From: Raja brachyura
Taxonomy: Eukaryota
DNA: 64,000 nt
Reading direction: 5' to 3'
Assembly: GCA_963514005.1 (NCBI GenBank)
Contig: OY740783.1
Span: forward strand, 71,858,001 to 71,922,000
Each line of letters begins with the position of its first letter. The stretch's first letter is position 1. The position numbers and the translations under genes were made by a program. The notes below the pieces were generated by a model. It saw only the letters and a program-made list of their open reading frames with translations. It was not told the DNA's origin and ran no database searches. Below are positions 24,601 through 39,600 of this stretch, piece by piece.

Positions 24601-27600
24601 CGCCTTGCGAGTGCATTGCGACGTCACTCTGATGTGCTGGAGTGCCCCTCCCTCCCTCCCGGAGGGTCCCGTCCTGCCTTGTGAGTCGATTGTGACGTCA
24701 CTCAGGTTTTTTTTCCCGAAATGGGTGAATTTTCTGGCTTTTCATAAAACTTTAAATGATTAAAAGGTCCGGAAATATAGGTGGGCATGCGACGGGAAGA
24801 TGTTTATCACCTCGACGGGAATAAATGGGAGCAGAATGTGTGAAAGTGGGAAGGCTATGGCCTAGCGTTTGGAAGAAAATAGGAAAATTAACCAGATTGA
24901 TACACACACACACAGCCACAAACAAGAAGCGTTTTAGTAATAATAATAATAATAATGATATAATATATAGAAATAGATAGATAGACATATACATAGATGG
25001 TGAAAAGTTTGAAGTATTCTCCATCTGCTCTTTATCTTCTGAATTCACATTTACTCTACACCTTGAACCTAAATAAATAATCCAATTCATTACTTCTCTG
25101 TTTTTCTATTTCTTCTATAAACTCTGGCAATAAACTTGATATTGGGTGTTTTCTAAACATACATATTTACTAAGATCTCCAGCTACTTTATTGAATGTTA
25201 AAGGCCGTATGGAAACAAATATTTGCTAAACATTGACAATATTGATAAATAATAAATACAGGCATTTTCCAAAAAGATAAAAAGTAATTGTAACGTAAAC
25301 AGGAAATACTAGATTTCTTGCACAGGCAGCAATTGTGTGGAATAACCTAGATTAAACTTGTTTTGACATTTTATTCCATTTGGGGATGCATGTATAACAA
25401 TTGTTCTGTTGTTCTGGTTGACATCTGTTTAGAGCTTGTCAGTGTGGCTGTTGACAGTGCAAAACTGAATAGGTCAGTTTGCAGATGTGGCTTGAAGTTG
25501 TTTGGAACCATGAAGGACACAGATCCATGAATGCCTATGGCCCCAGGAATGGTAAATTGAGTCACACATATGACCTAAGTCCCTGCAAAGCTTAAGACAT
25601 TTCCTTCACATTCACTGTCATTATGCAGCACTCGAAGGAATAGGGTCTACGCCTAGAAAAGAGGGTGTTGGGGGGGGATTTGTGGATTAGGGGATCAGCG
25701 ACAGTCTTTAGCTGGTAGGCTGTTGGCAAGCATTGCTGCAGGGATCTTGAAGGTGGGTTGACAGTTGAGGGTGCAGTCAGACAAAGGGATGGATCATTAA
25801 TTTTGCATTGGATTTGTATCAGTTTGGTAGATCAATCAATTAGTGGAGCTGTTGTCTGCTAATTTGTCAGCAGGGGTGGGGGGGTGGAGTAGAAAGGAGA
25901 GCCAAGCAGGAACATTATTGAAATGATAATAAAAAGCAAAATATGCTTGTGTCTTTCATGGGTCCAAATATGCTGGAATTGCTCAACAGATCAGGCAGCT
26001 TCTTTGGAATGAGACACACTTTTCAGGCCAAAGGCTCTTTAATTACTGATACAGATGTGTGAAATAACTAAAAATTAGCTCATGTATTCAGCCAAAGTGA
26101 ATAAATTGTTGAGCTTACTTCCCTCAAATCTGAGTCCTGTATTTGTCCTGGTTGGATCTGCATTATCGCATTTTGGATTAGTTCTATGAAATATTTTCGA
26201 GAACTGATTTTTTTGTTCTTTTTCTTTTTTGCAATATTGTTTAAAAGAAAATAAGATTGGACCACTAAACAAAGTGACCAGTGTTTCTAGGAACAGGATA
26301 AACAAAATATAATAAATAGGAATCTAAAGTTTTGTAAATCACCCGTTCAAAACATTTCAAAATGTGCTTAAGATTACAAACAATGCATACAAGATATTCA
26401 TCCCGGTTTTCACCTGGGGCCAATTGCAGGGCTACATTGCCTAATGTGGTCATGGGCTTCATTTACACTTATTTTACTGTCTCCTACCCAAAACAAGCAG
26501 AGGTGAAGGGAAGAAGGCTTGGGATGGATTGAAGCTATAGAAATGGTGGGTTGTGGGAAGTATCCCAAATCAAATGAAGCGTCTTTTCATGTTGAGCCCA
26601 CAGGCCCACTGCAGCAACTCTACTTCCCCTGGGACATATGGCAACTTAAAAAAATGTAAACCTTAACTGAGTTTCTTATGACATACTGTTCATGGCCTGT
26701 GGTATGTTAGTATTGATGTAAAAATTATTGCTGGGGTCTAAATGTTGTCATCGGATGACAACAATGCAGCCTCCACGGTGCAAGAATTTTGAACTAGAAT
26801 GGTAACGGAAGGAGAAGTGAGGGGCAAGGGAAGGAATTCAGCAGCTTCTGCCACCTGTCACTTAAACTCGCCTGTCCATACTGACCAATGTAGTTAATAT
26901 TAGTACATTTGCAGATGACACCAAAATTGGCAGTATAGTGGGCAGTGATGAAGGACATTGAAGTTATGATAAAGGCACGGAGTGTTTCAAGGCTCTGGGC
27001 TTGTGCTCGCTGAAGGTTAGAAGGATGAGGGAGGATCTCATTGAAAGTTACCGAATAACGATAGCTACACTATCCTTCATTTTTTTCCCCTTTTAATTAT
27101 GTGCTGCTAGCATAGTTTAATATTTTATTGTATTCTTTGCAAGTTTAATTATTAGCTTAAAAAATATAGCTTTCTTTTTTATCATCTTCTTTCCTAATCG
27201 TTTCATATTCTAACCTGCATCATGAATCATTAAAATTCCTCTCTATTAACTCATAATAAAATCAGTCTAAACTGGATTCAAAAAGCTGGGAAGCTCTGGA
27301 TTTGTTTTCAAATAACTTGAGAACTTTTCAAGTAACTTGGAATTTTATTTTTTTAATTTAGTGCCTACAAATTCATATTTCTGGACATGGATCCACAAAG
27401 TGTTGTATAACTTTCCAATTATGAACTAACAGTTGCAGGAAAGTCCACGGTTCTTCTTGGCGAAGTGGATAGAACATGTCTCTGCAACGTTGGTGTCAAT
27501 TTAGAAATGACACACGAAGCAGGGCATTATTATTATTTATGCACAAAAAACACGAGAATGCGATTTGGTGTTGAAGTAGATGATACTTGGCAGAAGTCAC

Positions 27601-30600
27601 ATTAGCCTAAATAATCAACCAATTACTTCAGAAATGCAGTCAAATTCTGAGATCCAATCTAAACACTCTATTTGATAATAAAATCAAAGTAATGAAGATA
27701 TCTAAAATGTGAAATAAATACAAAAATGCTGGAAATACTTAATAGGTCAAGCAACATCTGTGGCGTTAACATTTCAGACCAATAATTTATCAAGAGACCT
27801 GGAAAAGTGTAGAAATACAGCATATTTTGAACTGAATATCACAAAAAAAGGCAGAATAAGTCTCCTATTTTGTGGAAGAGAAGAGATTGCATTTCAGGAG
27901 AGATGATGATTTAGTTTAGATTGAAGGTAGACACAAAATGCTGGAATAACTCAGCGGGACATGGGGCACCTCTGAAGAGAAGGAATGGGTGACTTTTTGG
28001 GTCGAGACCCTTCTTCAGTTTAGGCTTAGTTTAGTTTAGAGATACAGTGTGGAAGCAGGCCGTTCGGCCCACCGAGTCCGCAACCACCAGTGTTCCCCAC
28101 ACATTAGCACTATCCTACACACACTAGGGGCAATTTACATTTATACCAAGCCAATTAACCTACAAACTTCTACGTCTTTGGAGTGTGGGAGGAAACAGGA
28201 GATCCCTGAGAAAAAAGAAGATCCCTGAGAAAACCACGCGGTCACGAGGCGAACGTACAAACTCTGTACAGACAGCACCCGTAGTCAGGATTGAACCCGG
28301 GTCTCTGGCGGTGTAAAGCGGCAACTCTACCGCTGTGCCACTGTACTGCCCCATCTGGCCAAAATATGTTAATGGTACAAAGCAATGAATCAAATGGTGG
28401 AACTATTGGATAATTTTATAAAATCATTGGTAAAAAATGTCTTGGAAAACTGGATGATTGTTGAGTGTAGAAATGTATAAGGATTCTGCTCAAAAGACGA
28501 GGTGCTGTTCCTCATACTTGCATTGTGTGTCTTTGGGACATTAGGAGGGTTTTGTTGCACTGGAGTGTAAATTAAAATGATGCCAAATGCTCGTGACTGC
28601 TCAGATGTTTCGAGCCATTTCTGCTGGAACATGAGTAAATAAAAGGGTAGCTGCTGTATATTTGGTAGCTTGGCAAAATGCTATGAGAAGGGAAGAGAAG
28701 ATGGAGATGAATGAGATGCGAACCACTATGTTATTGGGGGAATGGTGAAAGAAAAGGAACATGTTTGGAGATGCCATTATGCTGGAGATACTGGGAATGA
28801 TAGACATCCACCTTGAATGTAGAAGGTGAAAGCAGGAGCAGTGAAGATGGAATGGACATTATCCCTGTTGAAGTAACAAACCAGTTGAAGTTAAGTCCTT
28901 TGAGAAACTCTGTGATTGAGTGTGCAATTGTCAACACAGGTACAATGGAAACTGAGAGAAAGTTATGGAATTGTACAACATGGCAGCAGTCCCTTCACCC
29001 AACCAGGTTGTAATGTAAGGAGAAAAACATGCGATTTAGTTAATAATGAGTTGTCTGCTAACAGTTCCCATGTCAAGAAAGCAGGCTCACTTGGACATGC
29101 AGCTGCTCGGCATCCAGTGCAATGAAAATCCTTTGCTTTCAGTATTAAAAAGGATAGCCAGTTTTAAAATATAGCTATTGTTTGTAGATTAGGAAAGAAG
29201 CACCAGCTTATTGATTACATATATGCATGCTGCATGTGAGCTCATGGCACTTCTTCTCAGGCCCAATGCGCAAACGGTGCCAGGACCACTGTATACTATT
29301 AGTCACCGGCACATGTATCTAACGAGCCCCCAGTGAGCAGAAGGGCATGAGACCCGTTGTTTGATTGATCTTTCAATACATTGTTTTTATTTTACATTTT
29401 TCCATCATTGATTCAAAACTCATTTGTAACATTACATTGTGACATATTCGCAGGAAAAGTTGGACAAACTAGAATTATTATCTCTGGAGCATCGGAGGAT
29501 GAGGGGAGACCTGATAGAAGTAGGTAAAGGTACGAGAGGCGTAGATAGGTTAGATAAAACCTTTTCCTGAGGGTGAAAATGTCCAGAGGCATAGCTGTAA
29601 GATGAGAGGACTGAAACTTAAAGGAGTTCTGTTTTACATAAAGAGTGATGGGTACCTGGGATATGCTGCCAGGGCTGGTGGTGGAGGCAGATATCATAGT
29701 GACATTTTTGGATACGGAGAATGGTTAGTTATGGATCATGTGCAGACAGAGAAGATTAGTTTAACCACAGATGTTTGGCTAGCACATTATGGGCTGAAGA
29801 GCACATACCTGTGCTGTACTGTTCTATACACATAATGTACCAGGAAAAGAAAGTGATAAGGTGGGAACTTGTGATTGTTTGACACCAAATTGTACCACAT
29901 ACCACATGAAAGGAAAGTATTACTTGGCTGTGTGGCCTATATATTTGATTAGGATCCAGCACAGTTCTCCCTGGTTAAACAAAGTGCGTGGAGTCAAAAG
30001 TGAATTTATTCACTGTGAGAACATGTTGAGTCAAGAAATGGAGTGTGGTTGAAATGAAGTGTGGACTAGTTGGCACTCCAGTCAAAGAGAAAGCAAAAGG
30101 CCCTTGACATTCATGATTTGTGTACAAAAGTGTATAGACATTCCAAGTACATGATGGAAAGAAAATGGGTATGTGTTGGAATTAGAAACTATTAAAATGA
30201 TGAAAATTGGAAGAAATACTGGCATAGGAAGAAGTGACTGGATGAAAGAAGAAAATATGGGAGTCAATATCAGATGAAATCAGTTCCATGAGACAACAAT
30301 GTGAAATTGCCCTATGCAGTAAGTTAGGTTTAATTTAAAATCTTAAGATTGCTCTATATCTCTAACAGGTAGACAACCAGGTCAAAAGGTTATAGGATTG
30401 GCAATCTCTTCTGAAAAAGGTGAATAACTGGTTGACCACTTACCGCTAAATTGGGAGCTAAACCTAACAAACTAAAAACTAGCTGTGTGAATTTTTTTTT
30501 AAATTCCTTTATCGCCATGCAGCACAAAAGCTTACTAACTTCAAATCCTATCCTACATTCGTTACTCTGAACCCAGGCACAAAGTCACCGGACTGGAGAT

Positions 30601-33600
30601 AGGTGAAGAACGAGAAACAGTTCTTCTGCTGTTTGTTTTTAATCAACCTTTGCAGAAAGTAAGTTGCCAACGACAGTTTAAAACCGAATCAGGCTTGGCA
30701 GTTTGTTCAGTATACTTGAAAATTCTGGCAAGTTGCACCGTAAAAGCTCATGTTAAGAATGTCTATTTGGATGAGGAAGTGAAGAGTTTAAAATAATGTG
30801 AGACTGCACATAAATGAGTTCAACATATTCAAGACAGGTGGAGAATTATGGGTGTGAATGGGTGATCAGTCATCAGCATGGACTCAGTGGCTTGTTTCCA
30901 GTGCTTGGAATTATCTCTAAAAATAAACAGAAAAAATGCTCTTTGAAAGTTTTTTGAATATACATCAAGAATGTTGAAATATTGTGAAATAAGTACCGAT
31001 AATCAATCTCTTTGTTTCTTTCTCAGATCAGCGAGCTGGTACTTGTTTTTCCAGCCTGGTTAATGGCCGTTGTGCTCAGGAGTTAACCAGGTATTACACT
31101 AAGATGCAGTGCTGCTGTGATTCTGGACGTTGTTGGGCCCTTGGTTCTGTTCCAGAGATGTGCCCCATCAGGGGTTCTGGTAAGAAGAAATATGGGAATT
31201 CTGCAGTTAAGCTGACAAGTTGGCAGGAAACAAGTTTTCATTAAGATCTACATTCCATACAACATAGGACCCAGCAAGTTGATAGTAGACCAGCTCATTT
31301 TTTCAACAACCACTACTGATAGTTCTTTAATCAGAGCACAGGTAGACAACCAGAATCTCCTTGTCAACATCGCCAGCTACGTCCTTCATGGTGCATGCTT
31401 ATGGGGTGTTTAAAACATAAATTTCAGAGCTCTGCACTTGTGAAAAGTGGAATAATACTGGAGTGGTGGCGCTATCAAGTGTGGCCTCCTCTGCAGCTGT
31501 CTGTCCTCTCATTCTTTTTGTTATTTTTAAAGTTTGTTTTTGGAGGTCTTTAGTCTTTTTTATGTGGGGGGAGGGGGAAACCATTTTTCACAGTCAATAC
31601 CTGGTGTAGGATGCGACTATCCTCCGAGCCGCATCTTCGTCCCCTCCTCGCTGCCTACCATCTGGATTGGCGCCGCCTTACCTGCCGGAGACCGGCCAGA
31701 GCTTCAGCTTCAGCAGTGGTGCAGCACTGGATTCCGTTGCAGAGCGGGCGATGCCTTACCGGGAATCGCCGTGTTGGAGCTCCGGAGTGCTGGGACTGCC
31801 GACTTTAACACCTCGGAGCTGTGGTCTGCGGAGCTTCCAGCCGCAGGCAGCGCTGACTTTGACATCGCGGAGCCTGGGATCTTTTGCCGAGGTTCGCCGG
31901 TGTTGGGTCTCCGCCAAGCACGGCCTGTGGACTTCGGGAGCCACGGTCTCCGGTAGGAAGCGGCCGATTCGGAGTCTCCAGGCCACTGTGGGGGTTGTTT
32001 TTTAAGTTTTATGTTAAATTTAAAGTGTTGTGTTATCTTATTTGTGAGCTGCATGGTAACTCGAATTTCACTGCACCAATTAGTGTTTGTGACAATAAAA
32101 GTCCTTTGATTTGGAACCAGCCTCAATAGCTGTCCAATCATGAGAAAACTGATTGAGAGCAGAGCATGTAAACTTTTCGTCTGTAGCCTGAAATACTAAG
32201 TTTGAAAATACTCTGTTCCTCCTTTCATATCTGTTATAACCTTTTATTGCCATGGGGCAGTTCATTTGCATCGCTGAGGTGCCAGAATGGGGAGGAAACC
32301 CCACTCAAGAATTCCAATAATTGTGATGACACTGATAGTCTTCAAAACAATGTCTAAATTATCTCTAAGGTGGGACTGTCATTGGTCTCACAAAATGTTT
32401 CTCTATTAATAAGTCGGGGTGGTGTGCATGGGACTGCTATGTTATGGTGGCAACAATGCATGATGGGGTAATTCGTCTAGTGCCTGCTTAAAACCATTCC
32501 TTTCTTTGTGTTCTGCTCTCTTCATTTTGAAGGGTGAGGTTTTGTCTAGGCAGGAGCTGTCTACGAGATCTTGTTTGTAGGTAAGCAGGGTTTGAAGAGA
32601 GACTGCAACTTTTTAAACCCTAGTAACAGTGAAATATATCATTTGTTTTTGGGTGACACCATATTCACAAATTGCATTCTGCAAATAATGTTTTTATAAA
32701 ATGTGAGCTAACGCATTGCTCAACAGCCATTAAGTCATTGCACTGCAGTGAAGTATTACGAACTGCAGTATTCTGGTAGCAGTGTTCTCAATTACTTTGC
32801 TTTATAATCAAGTGACCCCCCTCTTCCAGTTACTTTTAGCTATTTGCACTTTGCACAAAGAACAGCAAACAAATATGGTCCATTTTTTAAAACAATGCTG
32901 AATATGTAATTTAAGAGGAATCTGAGCTGATGAGGAAGCAGCAACAAAAATTATTCAAGGTTTTTCACGTGGCCCACAATGGAATTGCTTTGTTTGACAA
33001 AAGTAGAAAATATTTTCAATGTTCAACAACTCAGAAGTGTGATTGGATTTGACAATTCACAAATTCCATTATGATTAATGTTTGGCTTTAGCATTTGGGA
33101 CACCCACTGACTGTACTAACAAATCACGTCATGTCCAGTATCCAAGTGTTCATTGTTTCCTTGATTAAGAAAAGATATACCAGCAATGGAGACAGTCCAG
33201 AAGATATTCATTATTCTAATTTCTGGGATGAGGTGGGCGGTCACCAACAATGAAAGAGGTTGGATTTGTATCCTTTGGGAATTCAAAGAATGAGTGAAGA
33301 TATTATTGAAACATGCAAGAAACTAAGGGTGCATGAGGAGATACCTGTTGAGATGTCTCCGTAACCTTAAACCTGATATGTGTTGGAATTTCTTCCTGTA
33401 CAGGGTAGTGAATGTCTATAATTCGTTCTCTCAAGTTTGTAGAGGCATGATTACAAAAGTATTTAAGGAGAAAGTGGATACATTTTTGAAAGGTTAGGGA
33501 ATTAACGGTTATGTGGAACTGATGCAAAAAAAGAATGGACACCTGGGGCAAATTGGCTATTTCCTGCATGATTGCTCCCTCCTTCCTGTAACTATGAAAG

Positions 33601-36600
33601 GGTTTATTTTGTCCTCAGTTTCCATTCCAGAAGTTCTGCTTTCAATGGAATATGTGCAGTTTCCAACACTTCCACGGTCAAAGAATCTTCTCACCCCTTC
33701 GCATTGAGCAATTCAAAGGAACTGTTTTCTCCATGAAACCCTATTTCACCCCACAATTATCCCTCAACTCCTTTCCCAGAAGGAATTTGTATTTTAAGTT
33801 ATGCCATTCATAACAAAAAGGCACACCAACAGCTTCACAGCCAATGAGAATTATGTTGTAGGTACTGTTGAAAGTAGGCAACACAGCTGCCACTTTGTGC
33901 ACACACTCCTTAAGAAAGCATTGTGATAATTAAAACAGAAAATGCTGCAAGCACTCTGAAGGTCAGACTGCATATGTGGTAATAGAAACAAGGTTAATGT
34001 TTCAGGTTGAACACCCTTTATTCCAAACAGAAGCTGCCTAAGCTTGTTGGGTGCTTACAGCATTTCTGTTTTATTTCAGTTTTCCGATTTCTGCAGATTT
34101 TATTTTTGATTTTCAGCATTGTGATAATGGCTACATTATCTACAGCAGTGGTGCAGGAAAAGACACAATTATTGGCCAGGAAACAGCAGTGAACTCCTGA
34201 GGTAGTGTCATAGCTAATTCTCATTTACCTGTTGTACAAATGGGCCTTATCTTGACATCTTATGTGAAAGAAAGAGTATGAAAATTACAAACAGATTAAC
34301 CAATGTAATGCTGAGCACATTTCTTTTTAACACAGATGAATATCGTAGACTTTGCATTGAAGGTGTCCCAGTTGTTCAGGGCATTCCACACTATGATCCA
34401 AATTATAGACCAGGCTTCCCTGACACGGCTGGCCTTCCTAGATTTGATTTTAATGGAGAAGGATATCCACCTGCTGTTCCTGTGACACATCCTTCCATTG
34501 TTAATGGCGGCTCGGGTGGTAATGGAAATGGGCGACATAGACTGCCAGATATCGGTAAGGTTTTATTTTATGCCTTTCTACTTTATACCTTTCTATTTTA
34601 ACAACGTTAAGAACCGAAAATATAAAGAGAGGGGAACAAAACCAATGTTTGTAGTACTGAAATTTACCAAGAAACATTCTGCCCCCTTTTTCAGTTTACT
34701 GCTTATTGCTATTCATGTATGATGGCCACTTTATACAGTGGTTTCAATCCACTTGTTTAGTGACTTCATATCAATATGCTAAGGAAGATAACTATTAAAG
34801 TATTGTGTGCTATTGTGTGTCATTCTCTAAATGAATTGGATTAAATTGTTGCCATGATTGCTGCTACTAAACAAACATTAAAAAAAAACATAATGTTAAA
34901 AAAAATCTGTAACTGGAAGAACACATACCTAAAGTTACAAGTATATATACCTAGAAGTTTGATCACATATAATTTCTTGAGAAATGTTTTCTTGGTCGAA
35001 TCCTGCCTTCCTCAAGTGTATAGGAAGTAACTGCAGATGCTGGTTTAAAACGAAGATAGACACAAAAAACTGGATTAATTCAGCGGGACAGGCAGCATCT
35101 CTGGAGAGAAGGAATGGTTGACGTTTTGGGTCAAAACCCTTCTTCAGACTTCAGAATGGGTGACGCAAAACTTCACCCATTCCTTCTCTCCAGAGATGTT
35201 GCCTGTCGCGCTGAGTTGCCCCAGCTTTTTGTGTCATTCCTCAAGTGCATGTTCTCTTCAAAAGCCCTCAGCAATGCTCCTCAGATCCCATCAATTTTGA
35301 TGTTGCTCTTCCGGTGGTGTCCCACAATCAGATCAGTCCTTGATCTCCCATCCTCAATCTCATTCTAAAAAACACATCTGTATGCAAGATTGCAGCAAAC
35401 TCCCTGAATTACAATCTCTTCAGCCCTAAAATCTCTTTTCAACATCTTGGACATTATCACTGCCAGTAGTGATGGGCGGATCCCATCACAACTCCAATTT
35501 TCATCCACTCATCAAATGACTGCACCAATGTGCGACTGGTACTGGTGAACAGCTGATTCTAACACGATTATATGAGGAGGCAGCAGGAGAACAACCCAAG
35601 TAGTTGTTGGCCCACCAAACCTGTGCATTCCGGCATATCATCTGGGGTACAGTGGAATTTCTAGATGGGCATTTCTGCTGGCTGGACGGTTTTTATAAGT
35701 CTGTTCAAATGATATATTCTGTAAAGCTGTGATTTATCATACCAAACATGAATTGAAATATAGATGATTGAGATGGTATCAGAATACTGGGAAATGGAAC
35801 GATGGCGGCACAGTGACGCAGCGGTAGTGTTGCTGCCTTACAGCACCAGAGGCACGGATTAGATCCGGACTATGGATGCTGTCTGTACGGTCTTGGTGTG
35901 ACCGTGTGGGTTTACCCCAGGTGCTCCAGTTTCCTCCCACACTCCAAACTTGTACAGGTGTGTAGGTTATAAAAATTATAAATTGTCCCTAGTGTGTAGC
36001 ATAACATTCGGGTTCGTGGTGATCACTGGCCAGGTGGACTTGGTGGGCCGAAGGGCCTTCATCAGCGCTGTATCTCTAAAGTCTAAAGATAGAAAATAAC
36101 AAGTTTGTTGTAAAAGTTAAAATTAAACTTATGAATAAAGGTAGAATATTTAAAGATTTAAAATATTTTAGAAGGTTTAAAATAGAAATAGCTGTGAACA
36201 GTTTGATAACAGCTAGGCTGCAGCAATGGTAAGACTCTAAAAGCCTGTTACCTGATGTTCCCACTTGAAAACAGGAATAAAAGTCAGAATAAAATAAAAA
36301 TACAAGCTCTTTTCTTCCAGATCTTACATAATTACTATTGTTAAACTCTCTTTGGTCTATTTAATTTTTGAGATAGTTCCAACTTCCTCTTGGCTAGCAC
36401 ATGATGTGAAATATCCTCCACAAAGCAATGATTGGAAAACTGCCGGGCAAAATCCAATCCGCTTTGGGATCTGTGTTGAGGTTGAGAAGTGCTTTATTTA
36501 TGTGTTACGATGGGAATTTGTTCCAGGTACTTTTACCATTAATCAAACAAAACTGGACATCTGTAAGCACTTCATCAATCTCTGCAAGAATGGACGGTGT

Positions 36601-39600
36601 ATTCTCACACCCACTGGTCACCGCTGTGAATGTAACATGGGCTTTAAGCAAGATGTACCTGGAGAATGTGTTGGTAAGGTTCAACAATGTATTTAAAATA
36701 GCTTTCTAAATGATTGTCATCTTATCTGTTCAGTAGAAGTTTGTAATCAGTATAAAAGGCCACATTGTACAAAAGGACAAAGCTTTAAACTACTCTCTGT
36801 CGGTACTCTAGCCTATCTTCCTCACAGATAGAAAAGAGCATTCTTTAATTTCAAATTCTTCCATGCACTGTGGCTTTCCAATTACTGTGCAATGATGCAA
36901 ATTAGGTTAGTATGCTTCAATTTCCTGTAATAAGTAACTCAGGAGTAAAGGCCATGGATTTTTTCCCCTCCCATATCCTTCAACCTGTATCGGTAATTCT
37001 TGTTACTTACTCGTTCTCAGTGCTCAGCTGATTTGTTCCAGTTGTGGCTTGAAGGTCTGTAGTCATAGATCAAATAATACAGATCTGTTACTATCATATT
37101 AAAAAATATATATGTTTCTAAAAAGTTGTAAATGTAACTATTGTGTTAAAATTTAAATTATAATTAAGGCACCAGATGTTACTGCGATATAAATTTGATA
37201 CCACCATATTGATAGAAGAATCGTTCTCCCTGGGGATTATTTTACTCTCCCAACCCATGTCATCCAGCCCCTTGCTGTCTGATAGATACAGGCCATCTCC
37301 ATGTAGTGACACGGGGATGTCCATCAGTCTATTTTATCCATGTCATAAAATGCACAAAAGTCATTTGATGTGTCAACCCGACCTCTGCAATATTGTAATG
37401 AATAACATCAAAAGCATATGAAAATAATAATGGCTAAATGTGGAAAGATAAGAGAAACTAGTTCTGCAATTTGTAGGAATGAATGTATGTACATACGTTA
37501 AACTTTTGAATTTACCTATATTGTGGGAGCTACTTCGTATGTATGGATGGATATCCATAAATTGGGCATTCATAACATGGAGCTGGCCTGTATCATCATA
37601 TTGGCAAAGTTAACTGTCCATGGACAGGGAGCTCAAATATGCATTAGACCCATTGACTATATAAACAAGGGGTCCATTGGCAATTGTCAGGGTTGCACTA
37701 TTCAGGATTCCCAAGCTTATCATTGCATTTTTGTCAATAGGCAAGCTTTTCTGTAAAAACAAAGAACAAATAGCTGTGGAGCTACATGAGCAAACGTTTT
37801 CAAATGTCTCCACTATTAACATCCTTAATGCATTCTGAGGTGAAATACACCAGCTCCTAATGGAGGAGCATCAGGTTCAAGCACTTCAAAACAAAAAACC
37901 TGCCAAAGGCACCAGGGTGCACTGCTGGTTCTGTCATAGATTTCCCACTGTTATCTGCCAAGATTAGAATATAAACCATTTTTACACAATGAAATTGAGC
38001 GTAAAATGCTCTAGCATCAAACTTTCCCAACTGCTTCACCAGGTCTGATCATAAATCTTACAGAATGGTTAACAGAAAGGCAGGACCTGGATTGAGTTTC
38101 CCCAAGTTAGTTGGAAAATGCTGCTTGTTCTTGCAAGATTTGGCATCTCACCCCAAACATTGTGTTGTTGAACTTGGAATTGGACCCAAGATGCGACATT
38201 CTCAACATTGACGTAAAGCACTCTTTTTACCTTCTGACAGAAAAGATTTTTACTCATCTCTGAATAAATAGAGCAACCTTTTATTTTTACATAATGACAA
38301 CTAGTTCTAGATTGTCTCACACAAGAAAATATCCTTTCCAAATCCTTCTTGTCACAATCCTTCTGGATAGTTTGTTGAAATCAAATTCCCCATCTCTCTT
38401 CTTAACCCCAGCGTCTACAAGCCTCATCTGTGACTCTTTGTTTCTGAATTGCTTCCAACGCATTTGCATTGATATTTTATATATTTATTTAACATTTAAA
38501 TATTTAAATATGCTTCAAATAGAAAAATAAACAATGTATACTATACTCCCTTCTGACCTATATTACTGATGCATAACCTCTCTCCTTTTGTATTAAATTC
38601 CCCAAACTCTGTAATAAAAAAAAAAGTCTGTACTCCATCTGGAGCCAGATTCTTCCATGAATTAAGAATTACTTAAACAAAAACAGAAATTGCAGGAAAT
38701 ATTCAACATTTCAGGCAGCATTCATAGATTGAGAAAGCAAGTTTCAGGTCAAAGGCTCTTCAGATTTTTAGATTTTGCTTACTCAATTAGAAGAACAATT
38801 TTCTTATCTTAGTGCACCTCATACCTGATGTCCTCGTGAGGTTGAATTCCAGATTTCTCTGGGCTTTCATTTCTCCAACTCCTTCAGTGACAGATTATTT
38901 TGTGCAAAATGTGATTTGTAGTAATTTGCAGAGTTGTGCTCATTGAATAAAACTTTTAAAATCATGTATCTTATTTTACTGAGCCCAGCAATATTTAACA
39001 GCAAAGAACATTTTATTGCAACTCTAATTCCTCAAAATAAGAGTTATTGAAAGCAACAGACTGCACAAGAATGGGGCAAAAGTTACATTAAATAATGATT
39101 GCTAAGATTTGTCTGCAAGTTTTAGATGAGTTAGTCATTTTTTCCTCCAATTGACAAGGTCAAACATTTGAGCGATGAGGGAGGCTTCCTCTAAATGTTT
39201 ACTAATATCTTATTTATTGATCTGTAGATTTTGATGAGTGTACTTCAAGCCCCTGTACAAATGGTGATTGCATTAACACTCCAGGCTCCTACCATTGTAA
39301 ATGCCACACTGGTTTCCAGAGCACCCCCACCAAACAGTCCTGCATTGGTAAGTGAAAGAACAGTCAAACTTCTAAATATCAAAGAAAATAATGGTTAATG
39401 AAAATGTACAATAGGTGCCACAGCATTTCTGAAAAAATACAGGTTTATGTTTTTGATGTAGACAGAATTAATATGACTCACTTACCCAAGAGCAGTCAAA
39501 TCAAAAGAAAGTAAACATTTTGCTGTTGATGAATTGGTTAATTGTATGCTGTTACCTATGGAAGCATTTTCGATGCTCTCAATCATTTGAAGTTAATTGT

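Noticed and set aside
31534-32141. CpG-rich island with ORFs as an internal promoter or nested gene
   Set aside because: Ends in a retroposon-like tail (tgtgacaataaa), has no splice signals linking it to the fibrillin frame, and ORFs in many frames reflect GC content.
34521-34538. NGR motif in the hinge as an isoDGR integrin ligand
   Set aside because: A three-residue motif that also occurs by default in EGF and TB modules here; no supporting evidence.
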